Assembly (NCBI RefSeq): GCF_000143415.4 | Contig: NW_003314312.1 | Coordinates: forward strand, 1,234,915-1,298,914 | Source of the DNA: Selaginella moellendorffii | Lineage: Eukaryota; Plantae; Lycopodiophyta | Reading direction: 5' to 3' | Length of the DNA: 64,000 nt | Shown: positions 63,801 to 64,000 of the stretch, piece by piece | Layout of the letters: every line of letters starts with the position of its first letter | How positions within the stretch are numbered: the first letter of the stretch is position 1 | Program-made: the position numbers and the translations under genes | The notes under the pieces: model-generated | The model's database searches: none | Seen by the model: the letters and a program-made list of their open reading frames with translations, nothing else | Told to the model about the DNA's origin: nothing

Positions 63801-64000
63801 TATTAAAGACATGTACAATATATCAGCAGGTTAAAGCCGTGACTAAGGCTAGTGGGGGCTTGTTACAAAGCATCCCAATTTCAGATTGTCCATAGAAATG
63901 TCTTATGATGGACTTCATCACAAGACTCCCCCCAAGTGAGGGGTTTGATGCGATATTTGTGGTGGTGAACCGATTTTCAAACATGGCATATTTCATACCT
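60842..64000 (+). mobile_element. Gypsy B copy (3' part of LTR to 61077, PBS 61081, gag-PR-RT, deletion, IN), running off the window
   Basis: GGCTTACA-AT-TTGGTATTAGAGC, followed by degenerate gag-pol homologous to 34458-38140. Confidence 0.9.

Overview
Eukaryotic, repeat-dense land-plant DNA. The plant telomere repeat, iMet-primed Gypsy elements and ~50-nt introns are most consistent with a lycophyte such as Selaginella (inference). Almost all of it is nested transposons whose order can be read from target-site duplications (TSDs): a Copia remnant contains Gypsy family A (16767-47265), which contains a LINE (18378-46481, 16-bp TSD), which contains both a 12.2-kb Sola-like TIR DNA transposon (20693-32902) and a chromodomain Gypsy B (33261-40780). 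A young Gypsy A copy (7923-12964) sits inside an older short-LTR Gypsy. 47.5-52.4 kb is a patchwork of host-gene fragments (SDR, P450, GH1, LRR, FAD-oxidase), and 52.5-64 kb holds rearranged and inverted Gypsy copies. Two candidate novel systems stand out. (1) The Sola-like transposon carries a large multi-exon cargo gene (ParB/Srx-like + degenerate SAM-methyltransferase-like + FCP1-like HAD phosphatase) and about 23 copies of a 22-bp palindrome (ATGGCRTGWGGCCWCAYGCCAT) spread through its introns, exons and spacers. (2) Gypsy B has two canonical spliceosomal introns inside its integrase; the first splits the HPQT/DGQTE catalytic segment and is also present in a second copy. Gypsy B is also flanked by a 200-bp duplication instead of a 5-bp TSD. 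All domain calls are by eye.
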